A DNA stretch of 64,000 nucleotides. Source: Candidatus Fermentibacterota bacterium. Its GTDB lineage: Bacteria; Fermentibacterota; Fermentibacteria; Fermentibacterales; JCC-6. Under the pieces are notes generated by a model. It was given only the letters and a program-made list of their open reading frames with translations. It did no database searches and was not told the DNA's origin. A program made the translations under genes and the position numbers. This document shows positions 1 to 10,915 of this stretch, one piece after another (within the stretch, counting starts at the first letter, position 1; the number at the start of each line of letters is the position of its first letter). The stretch spans positions 320,001-384,000 of the forward strand of contig CAWJQI010000004.1 in NCBI GenBank assembly GCA_963845085.1, written 5' to 3'.

Positions 1-1453
1 TTGTCGAGCTGTTTATCACGAGCTCGCCGGCGCCGGCGACACAGGGGGCTCCCATCCCGCGGGCGACGACTGCGGCGTGGCTCGTCATGCCGCCCCTGGC
101 GGTGAGAATGCCCTTTGCGGCGGCCATGCCGCCGATGTCTTCAGGGCTGGTCTCCTGGCGGCAGAGGACGACGGCCTCTCCCCTTTCGGCCCAATCCTCG
201 GCATCGTGGGCCGTGAAGACTATCCTTCCGCACGCCCCTCCCGGTGAGGCGTTCAGCCCCTTTGTCAGAAGCTTCGCCTGCTTCTTGCTCTTCTGGTCGA
301 GAACCGGGGCGAAGAGCTGGTTGAAGCTCTGGGCCGGCACCCTCATGAGGGCCGTCTTCCTGTCGATAAGCCCTTCGGAGGCCATGTCCACGGCCATGTT
401 CAGGGCGGCGAAGACCGTCCTCTTGCCGCTGCGGGTCTGAAGGATGAAAAGCCTGCCGTTCTGAATCGTGAATTCAATGTCCTGCATGTCTTTGTAATGG
501 TGCTCGAGCTTGTCGCGGATGTCGAGGAGCTCGCGGTAGGCCCTGGGATTGTCACGGTCGAGGTCGGTTATGGGGTGCGGCGTGCGTATGCCGGCCACGA
601 CGTCCTCGCCCTGGGCATTCATCAGGTATTCGCCGTAAAAGACGTTCTCGCCGGTGGACGGGTCGCGCGTGAAGCACACGCCCGTTCCGCTGTCTTCGCC
701 CATGTTTCCGAAAACCATGCTCTGGACGTTGACGGCCGTTCCGCGAAGCCCGCGTATCTCGTTCAGCTCGCGGTACCTGACCGCCCTGGGGTTGTTCCAG
801 CTGCTGAAGACGGCATTCACGCTGTGACGAAGCTGCTCCCAGGGGTCGGATGGGAACGGCTTGCCTATCCTCTCGACATAGATGGCCTGGTAAAGGCTCA
901 CGACCTTTTTCAGGTCGTCGGTGTCGAGGTCGGTGTCGAGCCTGGCCCCTTTTTCCGCCTTGACGGACTCGAGGGCATGCTCGAAATCGTGATGGGGGAT
1001 CCCCATCACCACGTCGCCGAACATCTGGAGGAACCTTCTGTAGCTGTCCCATGCGAATCGCGGGTTGCCGCTCATGGCTTCGAGTGCGCCGAGCGTGTCG
1101 GAGTTTATTCCAAGGTTGAGGACCGTGTCCATCATGCCCGGCATGGATACGGCTGCACCGCTTCTGACGGAGAGAAGAAGGGGGTTGCGGGCGTCGCCGA
1201 AGCCGCGGCCCAGCTCCTTCTCGAGCATGGCGATGTTCGCCCTCACCTGTTCAAGAAGCCCCTCGGGCCACTGCCCCTCGAGGGCGTTGAAACGGTCACA
1301 GGCCTCGGTCGTGATGGTGAATCCCGGAGGTACCGGAAGGCCGATGCTTGTCATTTCGGCGAGGTTCGCCCCCTTGCCTCCGAGAAGGGACTTCATCTCC
1401 CTGCTGCCGTCGGTAAGGGTCTTGCCGAAATAGTATACGAATTTCTCGTTCAT
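1..1453 (-). CDS. ppdK: pyruvate, phosphate dikinase (5' part; runs off the window edge)
   Basis: Not in the ORF track; manual translation from ATG at 1453 gives MNEKFVYYFG...MKSLLGGKGANLAEMTSIGLPVPPGFTITTEAC, later LLSVRSGAAVSMPGMMDTVLNLG and GGMTSHAAVVARGMG (phospho-His motif). Confidence 0.97.
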   Translation of the reverse strand, partial: MNEKFVYYFGKTLTDGSREMKSLLGGKGANLAEMTSIGLPVPPGFTITTEACDRFNALEGQWPEGLLEQVRANIAMLEKELGRGFGDARNPLLLSVRSGAAVSMPGMMDTVLNLGINSDTLGALEAMSGNPRFAWDSYRRFLQMFGDVVMGIPHHDFEHALESVKAEKGARLDTDLDTDDLKKVVSLYQAIYVERIGKPFPSDPWEQLRHSVNAVFSSWNNPRAVRYRELNEIRGLRGTAVNVQSMVFGNMGEDSGTGVCFTRDPSTGENVFYGEYLMNAQGEDVVAGIRTPHPITDLDRDNPRAYRELLDIRDKLEHHYKDMQDIEFTIQNGRLFILQTRSGKRTVFAALNMAVDMASEGLIDRKTALMRVPAQSFNQLFAPVLDQKSKKQAKLLTKGLNASPGGACGRIVFTAHDAEDWAERGEAVVLCRQETSPEDIGGMAAAKGILTARGGMTSHAAVVARGMGAPCVAGAGELVINSST

Positions 1454-1510
1454 CTTCTTGTTTCCTCTTTGAGGTTGATTTGGGGGATCGGATCTGGCGC
1501 CTGAGCCGAA

Positions 1511-1539
1511 AATATAGCGCCCCGATCGGGATGCTGCAA
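1511..1539 (-). promoter_or_regulatory. sigma70-like promoter of ppdK
   Basis: Minus strand TTGCAG-N17-TATATT; the spacer contains the palindrome CCCGATCGGG. Confidence 0.55.
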
Positions 1540-1551
1540 CGATGACAGGGG

Positions 1552-2709
1552 CTAAATTACTGTATGACCGTGCTTTCGCCAGATATATGCCACAAAATCC
1601 TCGACCTCGCGGCGCTGCGGCTCGTCGAGCGGAGGGATCTGCTTCAGCACCCACTCAACCGCATCGCCCGGTTCCGAGAACGACCCCAGCCGCCCCGAAA
1701 GGCCGGCGAGCACATCGGCAAGCTCTTCCCTGCGGGCTTCGAGGCTGAGGCTCTCACCCTCGCGCGCGGCTTCCTCGAGGGGGTCGGAAGTTTCGTCGAG
1801 ATCGACTGTGGCAGCCAGAAGCCTGTAGTGCTCACCCATCTGGGTCGCTGACACCCCGTACTCCTCGGCGAGCTGCTCCTGTGTGAAGTGCGGGCCGTTC
1901 CGTGTGACCGCGTACTCGAGCGCGGCGGCCCAGATCTCAGGCTTTCTTCCGGCGGGCTTCTTCATCTCGCAGAAGTGGTTCCATATGGATGCCGCCCGGC
2001 GGGCCTTCTCCCTGGTGTACCCGTGAAGACCGAGCATGCCGGCGGTCATCCCGGAAACCGCGTTCTCGAGAGGAATGTCATCGTGCTCCATGACGGAGCG
2101 GCGGAGCCTGACCCTGAGGGCCTCGATGCGGAGGAGCGTATGCTCGATCCTCTCATCGAAGGGGGCGAGGTCCCTCGCCTGCAGAAGCAGGTGAAGGCTT
2201 TCCTCGAGGTTGCCCCTCTTCGCCTCGAGCATGGCCAGGTAGGAAAGCGTGGAGGGAACGCGGAACTTTTCCCTCCGGGCAACGGAGTTGAGGATCTTCT
2301 CGGCTTCGGTGTCGCGGTTCAGCATGAGCAGCAGGAGCCCCCTCTTTCGAAGGGCGTCGACATCCTGCGGATAGTGTTCGAGGTAGCTTCCCATGGCTTC
2401 GAGGGAGTTTTCGTACCAGTCGAGCCGGAGGAAGAGATCGGACGCAAGGAGAAGGGCAGCCGGGCCCGGAATGCCGTGCCACTGAAAGCCCTGGAGGCGC
2501 CTGGCAACATCGGAGACCCTGCCCTCCTCCATCTCGAGCTGGGACAGGTACAACAGTGCGAGGTCCTGATCAGGGGTGGCGCGTATCTCCTGAGACGCCA
2601 GCAGCCGGCCGAGCCCCTCCCTCGCCCGCTCCGGATCCCTGTCCCGGCGGGCGTCCTCCACCTGTTTCCAGAGCCAGGATACCTTTCCTGATGTTTCTTC
2701 AGCAGTCAT
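1552..2709 (-). CDS. tetratricopeptide-repeat protein with C-terminal helical/HTH-like domain
   Basis: TPR-like helices (YLEHYPQDVDALRKRGLLLL, LSYLAMLEAKRGNLEESLHLLLQARDLAP); ATG overlaps the upstream stop. Confidence 0.75.
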   Translation of the reverse strand: MTAEETSGKVSWLWKQVEDARRDRDPERAREGLGRLLASQEIRATPDQDLALLYLSQLEMEEGRVSDVARRLQGFQWHGIPGPAALLLASDLFLRLDWYENSLEAMGSYLEHYPQDVDALRKRGLLLLMLNRDTEAEKILNSVARREKFRVPSTLSYLAMLEAKRGNLEESLHLLLQARDLAPFDERIEHTLLRIEALRVRLRRSVMEHDDIPLENAVSGMTAGMLGLHGYTREKARRAASIWNHFCEMKKPAGRKPEIWAAALEYAVTRNGPHFTQEQLAEEYGVSATQMGEHYRLLAATVDLDETSDPLEEAAREGESLSLEARREELADVLAGLSGRLGSFSEPGDAVEWVLKQIPPLDEPQRREVEDFVAYIWRKHGHTVI

Positions 2710-5700
2710 CGGGAATCCCCCTGCCCAGCTACAACGAACATCCCGGTATGCACGGCCTCCCTGATGAAGCCGCCGCCGGCCGAGGCCTCGGCGCTCATGT
2801 GAAAGATGTAGGCGCCCGTTGCAGGAAGGTCGCCGTCGGCATCGAGGCCGTTCCACATGATCTGGTTGTACCCGGCGGGACACTGGGAGGAAAGCCTTGC
2901 GATCTCACGGCCGGCGACAGTGTAGATAGCGACCTCGACCCACGCGTCGCCGGAAATCGAGAAGCTGAAACACCTCTCGCCGTCGCCCGGGTTCGGGTAC
3001 ACCGCTATCTCGCTGAACACGGTCTCACCGGCAGGGGCCGCCGTCACTTCGAGGCTGTCGCTCGAAGGGTTGCCCACCCCGTCCACGGCATGGAGGATGA
3101 GAAGGTGCTGCCCCGTCGGCAGCAGGGGCAGGTCAAAGGAAACCCTGCCCCGGGTGGTGCTTCCCGTATGGTAGCTGAAGTAGGGGCCGATGTCGTTTTC
3201 GGTGCCGTCGATGAACAGGCGCAGCCGTGTGCCCTCGCCGCCGAGGAAGCAGATCCCGCTTGAATCGGAAAGGTCCGCCTGGAATACCGCCTCGCCAGTA
3301 ATGACAGGGTTCGAAACCCCCCTGTGACCCTGTATCCACATCTCGATCTCGGGACCGGAATAGTCACCCCCGGGGGGTGTGCCGGTCACGAGAATGGCCG
3401 GATCAACAGCGTCCGCTGTCACCGTGGCAAATGAAACGGCGGTTCCCTCGGCCCTGGCCGTGGCACCCGTTCTTGCCTGCGACGGGATGATGCAGTCCGC
3501 GGTGAACATGCCGTCGGAAAGGGCTGCAGCGCCCCGCCAGGCGGTCCCGCCGTCGGCAACGTACTCAATCGTTCCGCCGCCGAGCATGCCGTAAACCATG
3601 GGCAGCCCGGATTCAAGTATTTCAACGAGAGCAAGCCCCATGGCAACGCCCGCCTCGCCGGAGACGGTGTTCCGTTCCCCGGTGCGAAGGGTGTCGGGAT
3701 CGATCGAAATGAAGGGCATGCCCCCGGGCCTGGGAACCGGGAGGCCGGGAATGCCGAAAAGCACGTAGTAACGGTTGTTGCTGGCGTATCCCGTGGAATT
3801 GGCCAGTTTGGAGTACCAGACGGCCAATCCCGACGGTGTTCCCGAATTGTAGAGGCTGTCGAGAAGGACCCGTGTGAAACCGTAGTTGGTCGAGGAGCCG
3901 GGAAATGTCTTCCTGGTTGCGGCAACCGTGGACAGCGCCCCCCCGCCGGCGGCGTAAACAAGGGCTTCCCCGATGGATTCGGCGCCGGGGGTGTCGAAGG
4001 CTGAAAGGTCGCAGCTGGCCAGAATTACGATCGGAAGCCTTCCATCGTTCTCGAGCGAGGAAACATCCTGCAGCCGGAGCACCTTCTCATGCGTGATCTG
4101 GTTCGCCGAGCCGTGTCCCATGAACACGAGACAGCCCATGCCCTGGTTCCAGAGTTCGATGAAATCCTCCCTTGCATCGGGCTTCTCGGGGTGCACGCCG
4201 TCGGGTGAGGTGCCCTGGGGCCAGGGGTATTCGATGAGGTAGAACTTGATCCGTCTCAAACTCCTGGGAAGGGTTGACGCCCCGAGGGTTTCGAAATCCT
4301 CGGTGTGGTAGCTCTCGCGGGCGTAGCTGTCGTTTCCCCATTCGTCGTCCGCCAGAAGGACGCACCGGTTCATCCAGCTTCCCGCCGTGGCGCCGGATTG
4401 AATGGTCGAAGCCTTCTCAACCATTGTCTCGAGAGCAAGGGGAGAATCGACAGGAAGCCTTGCGACAGGTATCTCAGGAAGGTATGCGCCCTGATGGACC
4501 ATGACGTACCAGTCATCCACGCACGGGGGATCGTTCGAACCGTTCAAACGTATCCAGGGGGGGATCATAACGGGCTGGCTTGAAGTGCGGTTGAAGAAGT
4601 CGTAGTGGCCGTCGCCAACGAGAAGCAGCTCCCGGCAGCCCTGATCCCACGAGTCCATTGCCCACCTCACGGCGGAACGGATGGCTCCGGGATCCGCAAC
4701 GCCCTGGCCGAACTCGTCGTAGATCTCCCTCGTGGTGGCAACCACGGTGCGCCACCCGAGCCTTTCCTCGACTGCGGCAACCGCCCATGCGCCATCGAGG
4801 AGACTCTCGGGCACCACGATCAGCTTGTCTCCCTCGGTCACCGTGCCCACCAGCCTGCCGGGGGATGCGGGCGAGATCGAGTCGGGCTGAAGGAACGCAT
4901 CGGGATTGGCGGCTGCAAGGATGGTTGAATCCGAAACATCGGCGCCCAGATACAGGGTGCCCGACTGGGGGTCGACGCCGGTGAGCAGCACCGGTGCATC
5001 GGGTTCCGTGAGTTCGAAGGCGAGAACACCCTCGTCGACGCCGTTGAAAGCTATTCCGTACGCGGCAGTTCCGCCGCTGCTCTCGAAGAAGACGGGCGCG
5101 CCGTCCGCCTCGGGGCTTCTGTCGTACCGGATGTCCAGCCTGTCAAAATACACCGCGCCCGAAGCGGTTGTGAAGGAAAGCCTCACACTGCCGGTTTCGG
5201 GCATCTCAATGCCGCCGAACTCGACGATCCTGGGACCGGTCCCGATCACCTCGCGGCTGCCCGCAGGCGCTCCGTTCACGAAAAGGCCGACCGTGCACTG
5301 GCTTGTTTCATCAAGCGCGATGCGGACCGTACAGGTGGTCAGGGTTCCTTCCCGAAGCCCGGGGAGGGAGTAGGGCTCGGTCACCGACCCGCCGCCGTCG
5401 AGCATTTCCCAGAGCCAGCCCGTATCGGTGCTGAATGCCGGCTCCCATATGACGTCCTCCTCGAGAGTGGTGACGTTTGGATTGGCGCCCTCCCACGAAG
5501 GCCCGCCGGGAGAGGCGTTCTTCTCCTCCATGCGAAGCCCGGCTGCGCCGCCCCAGGAAAGCCAGTAGGTTCTGTGGGATGCGTACCGGTGCACGAGGCG
5601 GACCAGCACCCCGCTCTCAGGCATCCACCTCGTAAGGCCGAACGCGTAGAACAGCACACGGTCCTGAGGGTCGAAGACACCGTCCGCGTTCACGTCATCA

Positions 5701-6392
5701 ACGAGAACTGGGATTTCCTGCAGATAGTGTTCGTCATCGGGCAGGTCGCCGAAAGCGGTTCCCGGGCCGGAATAGAGCGCCAGGCCGAACGTGGAATTCC
5801 CGACCGCACCGCACCCCGCCGCCTCGAGCATGGCGCCGGTGACAGCCACCGGTCCCGTTCCACCAACGGCGAGCCTTGCCCAGGGTCTGCCGTGGAAGGG
5901 GCTTTCCGCCCTGACTCCGTGAAGGGGCCAGTAGTGGGTGCTTCCCGGCGATACGCCCGAAACGGGGCTTCCGGCAGGTATGGCAACCGGAAAAGACGTG
6001 CCCCTGGGATCAGCCCAGGAGAGCCCGATGTCAACGCTTGAAGAGTACCTGTCGCCCCCCGTGTAAGGGTAGACGTCTATCACGGCGAAGAAACCGCCCG
6101 CCAGGGGGGCCGTTCCCCTCAGGACCGCAGTCTGCGGCGGGTTGTCAGCAGGTTCCATCAGGGAACGTTCGAGAACACCAATGCCGGAAACCCCGACGCG
6201 CAGCTCGGGGACAGAGCCCTGCGGCAGGGGCACATAGACCGTTCTGACGGGGTAGGAGGGAACGCCCTCCCCGATGATGTTGACGCAGTCGGCTATACGG
6301 GCGGAGCCTTCGGGTGCGGGTACGGGCGGCGCGAACAGCTCGGTGCCGTGCCATGAACCCGCCGCAAGGATCAACAGGAGTGCTGCTGTCAA
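2706..6392 (-). CDS. C25 family cysteine peptidase, PorU (T9SS sortase)-like, with C-terminal FlgD-Ig/sorting domain
   Basis: Signal peptide after TTG start that overlaps the cobB stop; IYDEF, LLLVGDGHYD, ADDEW, FMGHG and LASC motifs; PorU-like C-terminal region (SDSSGI...GQHLLILHAVDGVGN); VYPNP...WNGLDADG...GAYIF. Confidence 0.85.
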   Translation of the reverse strand: MTAALLLILAAGSWHGTELFAPPVPAPEGSARIADCVNIIGEGVPSYPVRTVYVPLPQGSVPELRVGVSGIGVLERSLMEPADNPPQTAVLRGTAPLAGGFFAVIDVYPYTGGDRYSSSVDIGLSWADPRGTSFPVAIPAGSPVSGVSPGSTHYWPLHGVRAESPFHGRPWARLAVGGTGPVAVTGAMLEAAGCGAVGNSTFGLALYSGPGTAFGDLPDDEHYLQEIPVLVDDVNADGVFDPQDRVLFYAFGLTRWMPESGVLVRLVHRYASHRTYWLSWGGAAGLRMEEKNASPGGPSWEGANPNVTTLEEDVIWEPAFSTDTGWLWEMLDGGGSVTEPYSLPGLREGTLTTCTVRIALDETSQCTVGLFVNGAPAGSREVIGTGPRIVEFGGIEMPETGSVRLSFTTASGAVYFDRLDIRYDRSPEADGAPVFFESSGGTAAYGIAFNGVDEGVLAFELTEPDAPVLLTGVDPQSGTLYLGADVSDSTILAAANPDAFLQPDSISPASPGRLVGTVTEGDKLIVVPESLLDGAWAVAAVEERLGWRTVVATTREIYDEFGQGVADPGAIRSAVRWAMDSWDQGCRELLLVGDGHYDFFNRTSSQPVMIPPWIRLNGSNDPPCVDDWYVMVHQGAYLPEIPVARLPVDSPLALETMVEKASTIQSGATAGSWMNRCVLLADDEWGNDSYARESYHTEDFETLGASTLPRSLRRIKFYLIEYPWPQGTSPDGVHPEKPDAREDFIELWNQGMGCLVFMGHGSANQITHEKVLRLQDVSSLENDGRLPIVILASCDLSAFDTPGAESIGEALVYAAGGGALSTVAATRKTFPGSSTNYGFTRVLLDSLYNSGTPSGLAVWYSKLANSTGYASNNRYYVLFGIPGLPVPRPGGMPFISIDPDTLRTGERNTVSGEAGVAMGLALVEILESGLPMVYGMLGGGTIEYVADGGTAWRGAAALSDGMFTADCIIPSQARTGATARAEGTAVSFATVTADAVDPAILVTGTPPGGDYSGPEIEMWIQGHRGVSNPVITGEAVFQADLSDSSGICFLGGEGTRLRLFIDGTENDIGPYFSYHTGSTTRGRVSFDLPLLPTGQHLLILHAVDGVGNPSSDSLEVTAAPAGETVFSEIAVYPNPGDGERCFSFSISGDAWVEVAIYTVAGREIARLSSQCPAGYNQIMWNGLDADGDLPATGAYIFHMSAEASAGGGFIREAVHTGMFVVAGQGDSR

Positions 6393-7126
6393 AATTCCTC
6401 CACCAGTCCGGGTAGAAGCTCGGCTGCCCTGCCCGGTACCCAGATGACGCCCGGAGCCTTGGAAAGACTTGTCGGTTCGGGGTTGAGCTCGATCACCTCG
6501 ACCCCCGCCTGCAGGGCTTCCCACGGAATGCCCGCCGCAGGCCATACCAGCATGCTCGTGCCGACAACGAGGAGAAGGTCGGCCCATTTCCCTGCAAGGC
6601 GGAACGCTTCCCTAACCACTGTCTCGGGAAGCGGTTCGCCGAAAAGGACCACATCGGGCCTGACCAGCCCGCCGCAGACCGGACACCTGGGAGGAAGGCT
6701 GTTCAGCATCCCCGCCTCGAAATCCGCCCTGTAACCGCATGCATCAAGGCACGAAACCGTGCGCATCGATCCGTGGAGCTCATAGACCTCCGACAGCCCC
6801 GCGGACTGGTGCAGCCCGTCAACGTTCTGTGTCACTACGGGAAGCCTCCCCTTTCGGTTCTGAAGGGTGAGAAGGGCTTCGTAGCCGGCATGGGGTTTGA
6901 CACCCCCGCTTGCCACGAAACGCTTGCCGTACCATTCCCAGACGATCCCGGGGCGGTCCCGCAGCCCCTCGATCGACGAAAGCTCCTGTGCGGACCGGTC
7001 GTTCCAGAGGCCGTCCTTTCCCCGAAAGGTCGCCATGCCGCTCTCGCTCGACATGCCTGCCCCTGTGAACACCAGGGTACGCTTCGAGCCGTCCAGAAGT
7101 ATCCTTGCCTCTTCGTAGCCGTTCAT
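6389..7126 (-). CDS. cobB: NAD-dependent protein deacylase, Sir2 family
   Basis: FTGAGMSSESGMATFRG, TQNVDGLH, ELHGS, RPDVVLFGE and VGTS motifs; zinc-binding Cys pairs. Confidence 0.93.
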   Translation of the reverse strand: MNGYEEARILLDGSKRTLVFTGAGMSSESGMATFRGKDGLWNDRSAQELSSIEGLRDRPGIVWEWYGKRFVASGGVKPHAGYEALLTLQNRKGRLPVVTQNVDGLHQSAGLSEVYELHGSMRTVSCLDACGYRADFEAGMLNSLPPRCPVCGGLVRPDVVLFGEPLPETVVREAFRLAGKWADLLLVVGTSMLVWPAAGIPWEALQAGVEVIELNPEPTSLSKAPGVIWVPGRAAELLPGLVEEF

Positions 7127-7133
7127 TCCGTCA

Positions 7134-10100
7134 TCACTCCGGAGAAACTCCGAGAAGCCCTCTCCTGGAGGCGTTCCTCCCCTCGGCAGTCTCAAGGTTG
7201 ACAATGTAGATGTAAGCCCCCGCTGCGATGGGGTCACCGTCTGCGTCAAGCCCGCTCCATACGAGCTGCCCGACTCCGCCCGCGTGCGACATGCGTCCTT
7301 CCCAGATGGGTCGGCCGGCCACAGTGAACACCCTCACACCGACCTCGCCGGGTGCCGAGGTCTCGAAGATGAAAGCCCTCGTACCGGAACAGGGGTTGGG
7401 GTACACCGCGACCCGGTCGATCAGCCCGCTCAGGTCGTCCGCGATGACAATTTCAAGCGTGTCGCGGGAACCGTTTCCCATTCCGTCCCAGGCGGCGAGT
7501 ATGAGGGTGTGCTCCCCTGAACCGATGTCGGGAAGGGTGTAGTTGAGCTGTCCGCGCGTGTGGCTGTCGGGAAGGTACTGGAAGAACGAGCTCACATCGA
7601 ACCCCTGGGAGTCGATCGAGAGAAGGATGGCCCGCCCGGCTTCGGAACCGAAGAAGCAGATCCCGCTCTCGTCCTCGAGCTCGGCGGAAAGAACATTCGA
7701 AAGCCCCGCCCTGCGGTATGTCATGGAGATGGCGGGTCCAATGGAGTCGGACGAGTAGCCTCCGGCGTCGGCAACCGTGCACCACTGGTTCCAGGCGACA
7801 TTGTGAATCGAACCATTGTCTCCGAGGGCCTGCGCCCTCGCCAGTGATCCCGTGTCAGCCTGGACAGGCATGAAGAACTGCAGCGTGGCCCTTCCGTCGG
7901 GCTCGGTCTGCACGACCCCCCTGTAGGCGGCAAGACCGAGCCTGATCCAGGGTATCGACACTCCGGACAGGGGGCTCACATAGACCACGCTGTCGCCGCT
8001 TTCCCCGATCGCCACCTGAAGGGTTCTGTCGGCGGGGAAGGTCATGTCGACGGAATTCAGCCGGCCCCGCATCAGCCCGGTTTCGGGCACATGGAAGGTC
8101 GTGCCGTTGTCGTCGGCCATAGGAGCGGTGACGCCTCCGTCGCCCATGATGTTGTAGAAGAAGTTGTACCTTTCGAAGGGCATGGAGATCTTGGCCATCC
8201 AGAGAGCCCTGGCCGCGCTCATACGCTGGGGCCCGTACATCGACCCCAGGAAGACGGAAAGAAGATGTTCGTTCTGGGACTGTGTAGCTTCCGTCGGTCG
8301 AGCCGACGGCCACGATGCCGCCGCCCTGTGAATGCTTGACAAGAACCTCGCTGAAGCAATCGGCCCCGAGCATGTCGAACTGCCCCGTGTTGCAGCTGCC
8401 GAAAAACACAACGGGAAGCCTGGGAAGGTTTACGAGACCGGGAACATCAAGAGTTGAAAGAAGGTTTTCCTGAGCGATCCGGTCGTAGGAGCCGTGCCCG
8501 AAGAAGACAAGCGCCGAGCAGCCCTGGTTGATGGCGGCCACAAGATCAGACCGGGCCTCGGGTTTCTCGGGATGGGCGCCGTCAGGCGAGGTGCCGGGCG
8601 GCCAAGGGTAGTCAACGAGATACAGTTTGAAAAGCTCGAGCGAAAACGATATCACCGAGTCTGCAAGGTACTCGGCTGCAAGGGTTGCGCCGACCTCCGA
8701 GGTCGATGTTGCCGTTCCACTCGTCATCGGCGGCAAGCACAACCCTGTTGGCCCATGTGCCGCTGTTCAGGGCCGATTCGTACGCTGCCAGCTTGTCGAG
8801 GTAGGCCTGCATTTCCAGAGCGTTCGAAACGGGGATCCGGGAGACGGGGATCTCGGGAAAGACAGCACCCTCGTGCACCGTGACGAACCCGTCGTCACCT
8901 GCCCCGAGTTTGTACTGGCTGGGCCCGACCGTGCGGAACAACGGGGCGATCGGCCTTTCACCGGTCGTGTACCCGAGGGGATCGTGGTTGCTGTCACCGA
9001 TCAAAAGGAGAGACTGCGGCGGGTTCACCCAGTTGTCCAGCGCGTGCCTGACCATGGAACGCACCGCACCCGGCGACTCCACGCCCTGGTTGAATTCGTC
9101 GTAGACTTCCCTGTAGCTCGCTGCTGCTATGGTCAGCCCCCTTGCAGCGTAGAACGCACCGATCGGCGCGCTGAACTCCATGAAGGATTCGGGAAGCAGT
9201 ACGATCACATCGCCCTGGAGCCCGGTGCCCACGATCCTTCCGGGTTGGGCGTACTCGATCGAGGCGGGTGTGAGGATTTCCCCCGGGTTCACTATCCACA
9301 TCGAGCCTGACTGCCCGGTGGTTATGGAGATGCGCGCGGTTCCCCCCGATGCCTCCCAGCCGGTCAGCTCGGTCGGAACGAAGGGTGAGCCGGTCAGGAA
9401 AGCCCTTGCACCGGGTTCCACACCCGGGACCTCAATGGTGTAAGTGCCCGCAGGCCTGTTGAGAAAGAAAAGCTGCCTTCCGGTCGTAACGGGTGATTCC
9501 AGCTCAAGTTCCAGGTAGTTGAAGGCGGATACCCAGTTGTCGTTCCACGACCAGATCCGCAGGGTGTTCATGTCGGGGTTCAGAGGGGGGTTGCTCACGG
9601 TCCACAAGCGTATGAACGTGTTGTTTATGAAGGTGCTGTCGATGATGGTCTCATCGTTGAGAACGATGCTGTCGCCGCCGTAGCCCGTATTCCCGTGAAG
9701 AATGCTCAGGCGCAGCGACCTTGCCGTGCTGCCGGCGGGGGCGGTGAAATGAATGTAGGAGGGGCTGCCCTCAGGAATGGGAGCCCAGCACCAGCCCGTT
9801 CTGTCCTCGTTGGCCGACCAGCTGTACTCCTGCTCGAGCCAGACAAGATCGCCTGCGGTGGGTCCCCATGACGGGTAACCCTGGTAGGGGGCTTCGGATG
9901 TTTCCATCCTTTCGCCCGGCGGTCCGCCCCACGTGAGCCAGTATGTATTGGCATCGTCGTACCTGTGCCATGTGTGGAACAGGGTGTCTTCCTGGAATTC
10001 GGCCCTCACGAGGGCACGGCCGTAGAAGAAGAGGGTGTCTGCAGAGTCAAACACGCCGTCCCCGCCGTCTCTTACGGAGAGGGCGACAGGAAGCGGCAGA

Positions 10101-10834
10101 TGCTCGTCGGACGGGTCATCGAGATCGAACGGAACGGCAGGGCCGGAAAGCATCGAAAGCGATGCGCTGGCCATTCCGACCGCCGGGCATCCCGCAGCCG
10201 AGAGCTGTGCCCCCGTGATTGCATGGAACCCGGTTTCATTCACCTTTATCCTGGCCCACGGCATTCCCCAGAATGGGCTTTCAGATGACCGGCCCCTGTC
10301 GCGCCACCAAACGGTTCCGGCGGGGGCGACCCCATCGAGAAGGGAACCCCTTAGGGGTCTGGAACCGGCCCTCGAAGGCCAGGTGAGTTCGAAGGAAATG
10401 GTTGATGCGTATCTCGATAGGTCGCCGTAGCAGAACGGGTCGACAATGACCATGGCGACCGTAGTTCCCGCGAGGGGGATTACGGACATTGCAACGGGTT
10501 CGGACGGCTCTACCGAACGGGCAGAGGCGTTGACTTCAGTTGTTTCGATGCCGGTGCCGGTCAGGGAGGGGACAAAAGCCCACGGTATGCCGTCCCAGCC
10601 AGTCGAACTGACAGCCTCGACACGGTAATCCAGAACAGGCTCGGTACCCGGAGGCACAGGTATGAAGAACACTTCGATCGGGCGCAGCACCCGCCCTGTC
10701 GTCGACATGCCAGCCATTCCCTGAACAACGGGATAAAACGCGTCTCCCAGGGGGCTCAAGGTCGCGGGCCCCACCCGGACCGTGGTGCTGAATCCGCCGA
10801 CAAGGGCCGCTAGAACGAACTGAAGCCCCGTCAT
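7134..10834 (-). CDS. second C25/PorU-like peptidase with sorting domain, split by two frameshifts (~8710, ~8283)
   Basis: ORFs 8612..10873, 7855..8742 and 7134..8411 join into a protein colinear with the 2706..6392 paralog (ESPFWGMPWARI, VYDEF, ADDEW, YPWPPGTSPDG.HPEKP, FFGHG, GSC, VYPNP). Confidence 0.8.
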
Positions 10835-10915
10835 ACAAGAAACCTCCCGGGAAAAACGTGGGTCAACCGGCAATCCATATATAATAGCAGTTCACTTTGC
10901 CCGTGGAGGTTCCCG

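Noticed and set aside
6389..7126. Sir2 protein as an anti-phage defence effector
   Set aside because: Compact canonical CobB with a zinc-binding subdomain; no Thoeris, DSR, HerA or Argonaute partners nearby.
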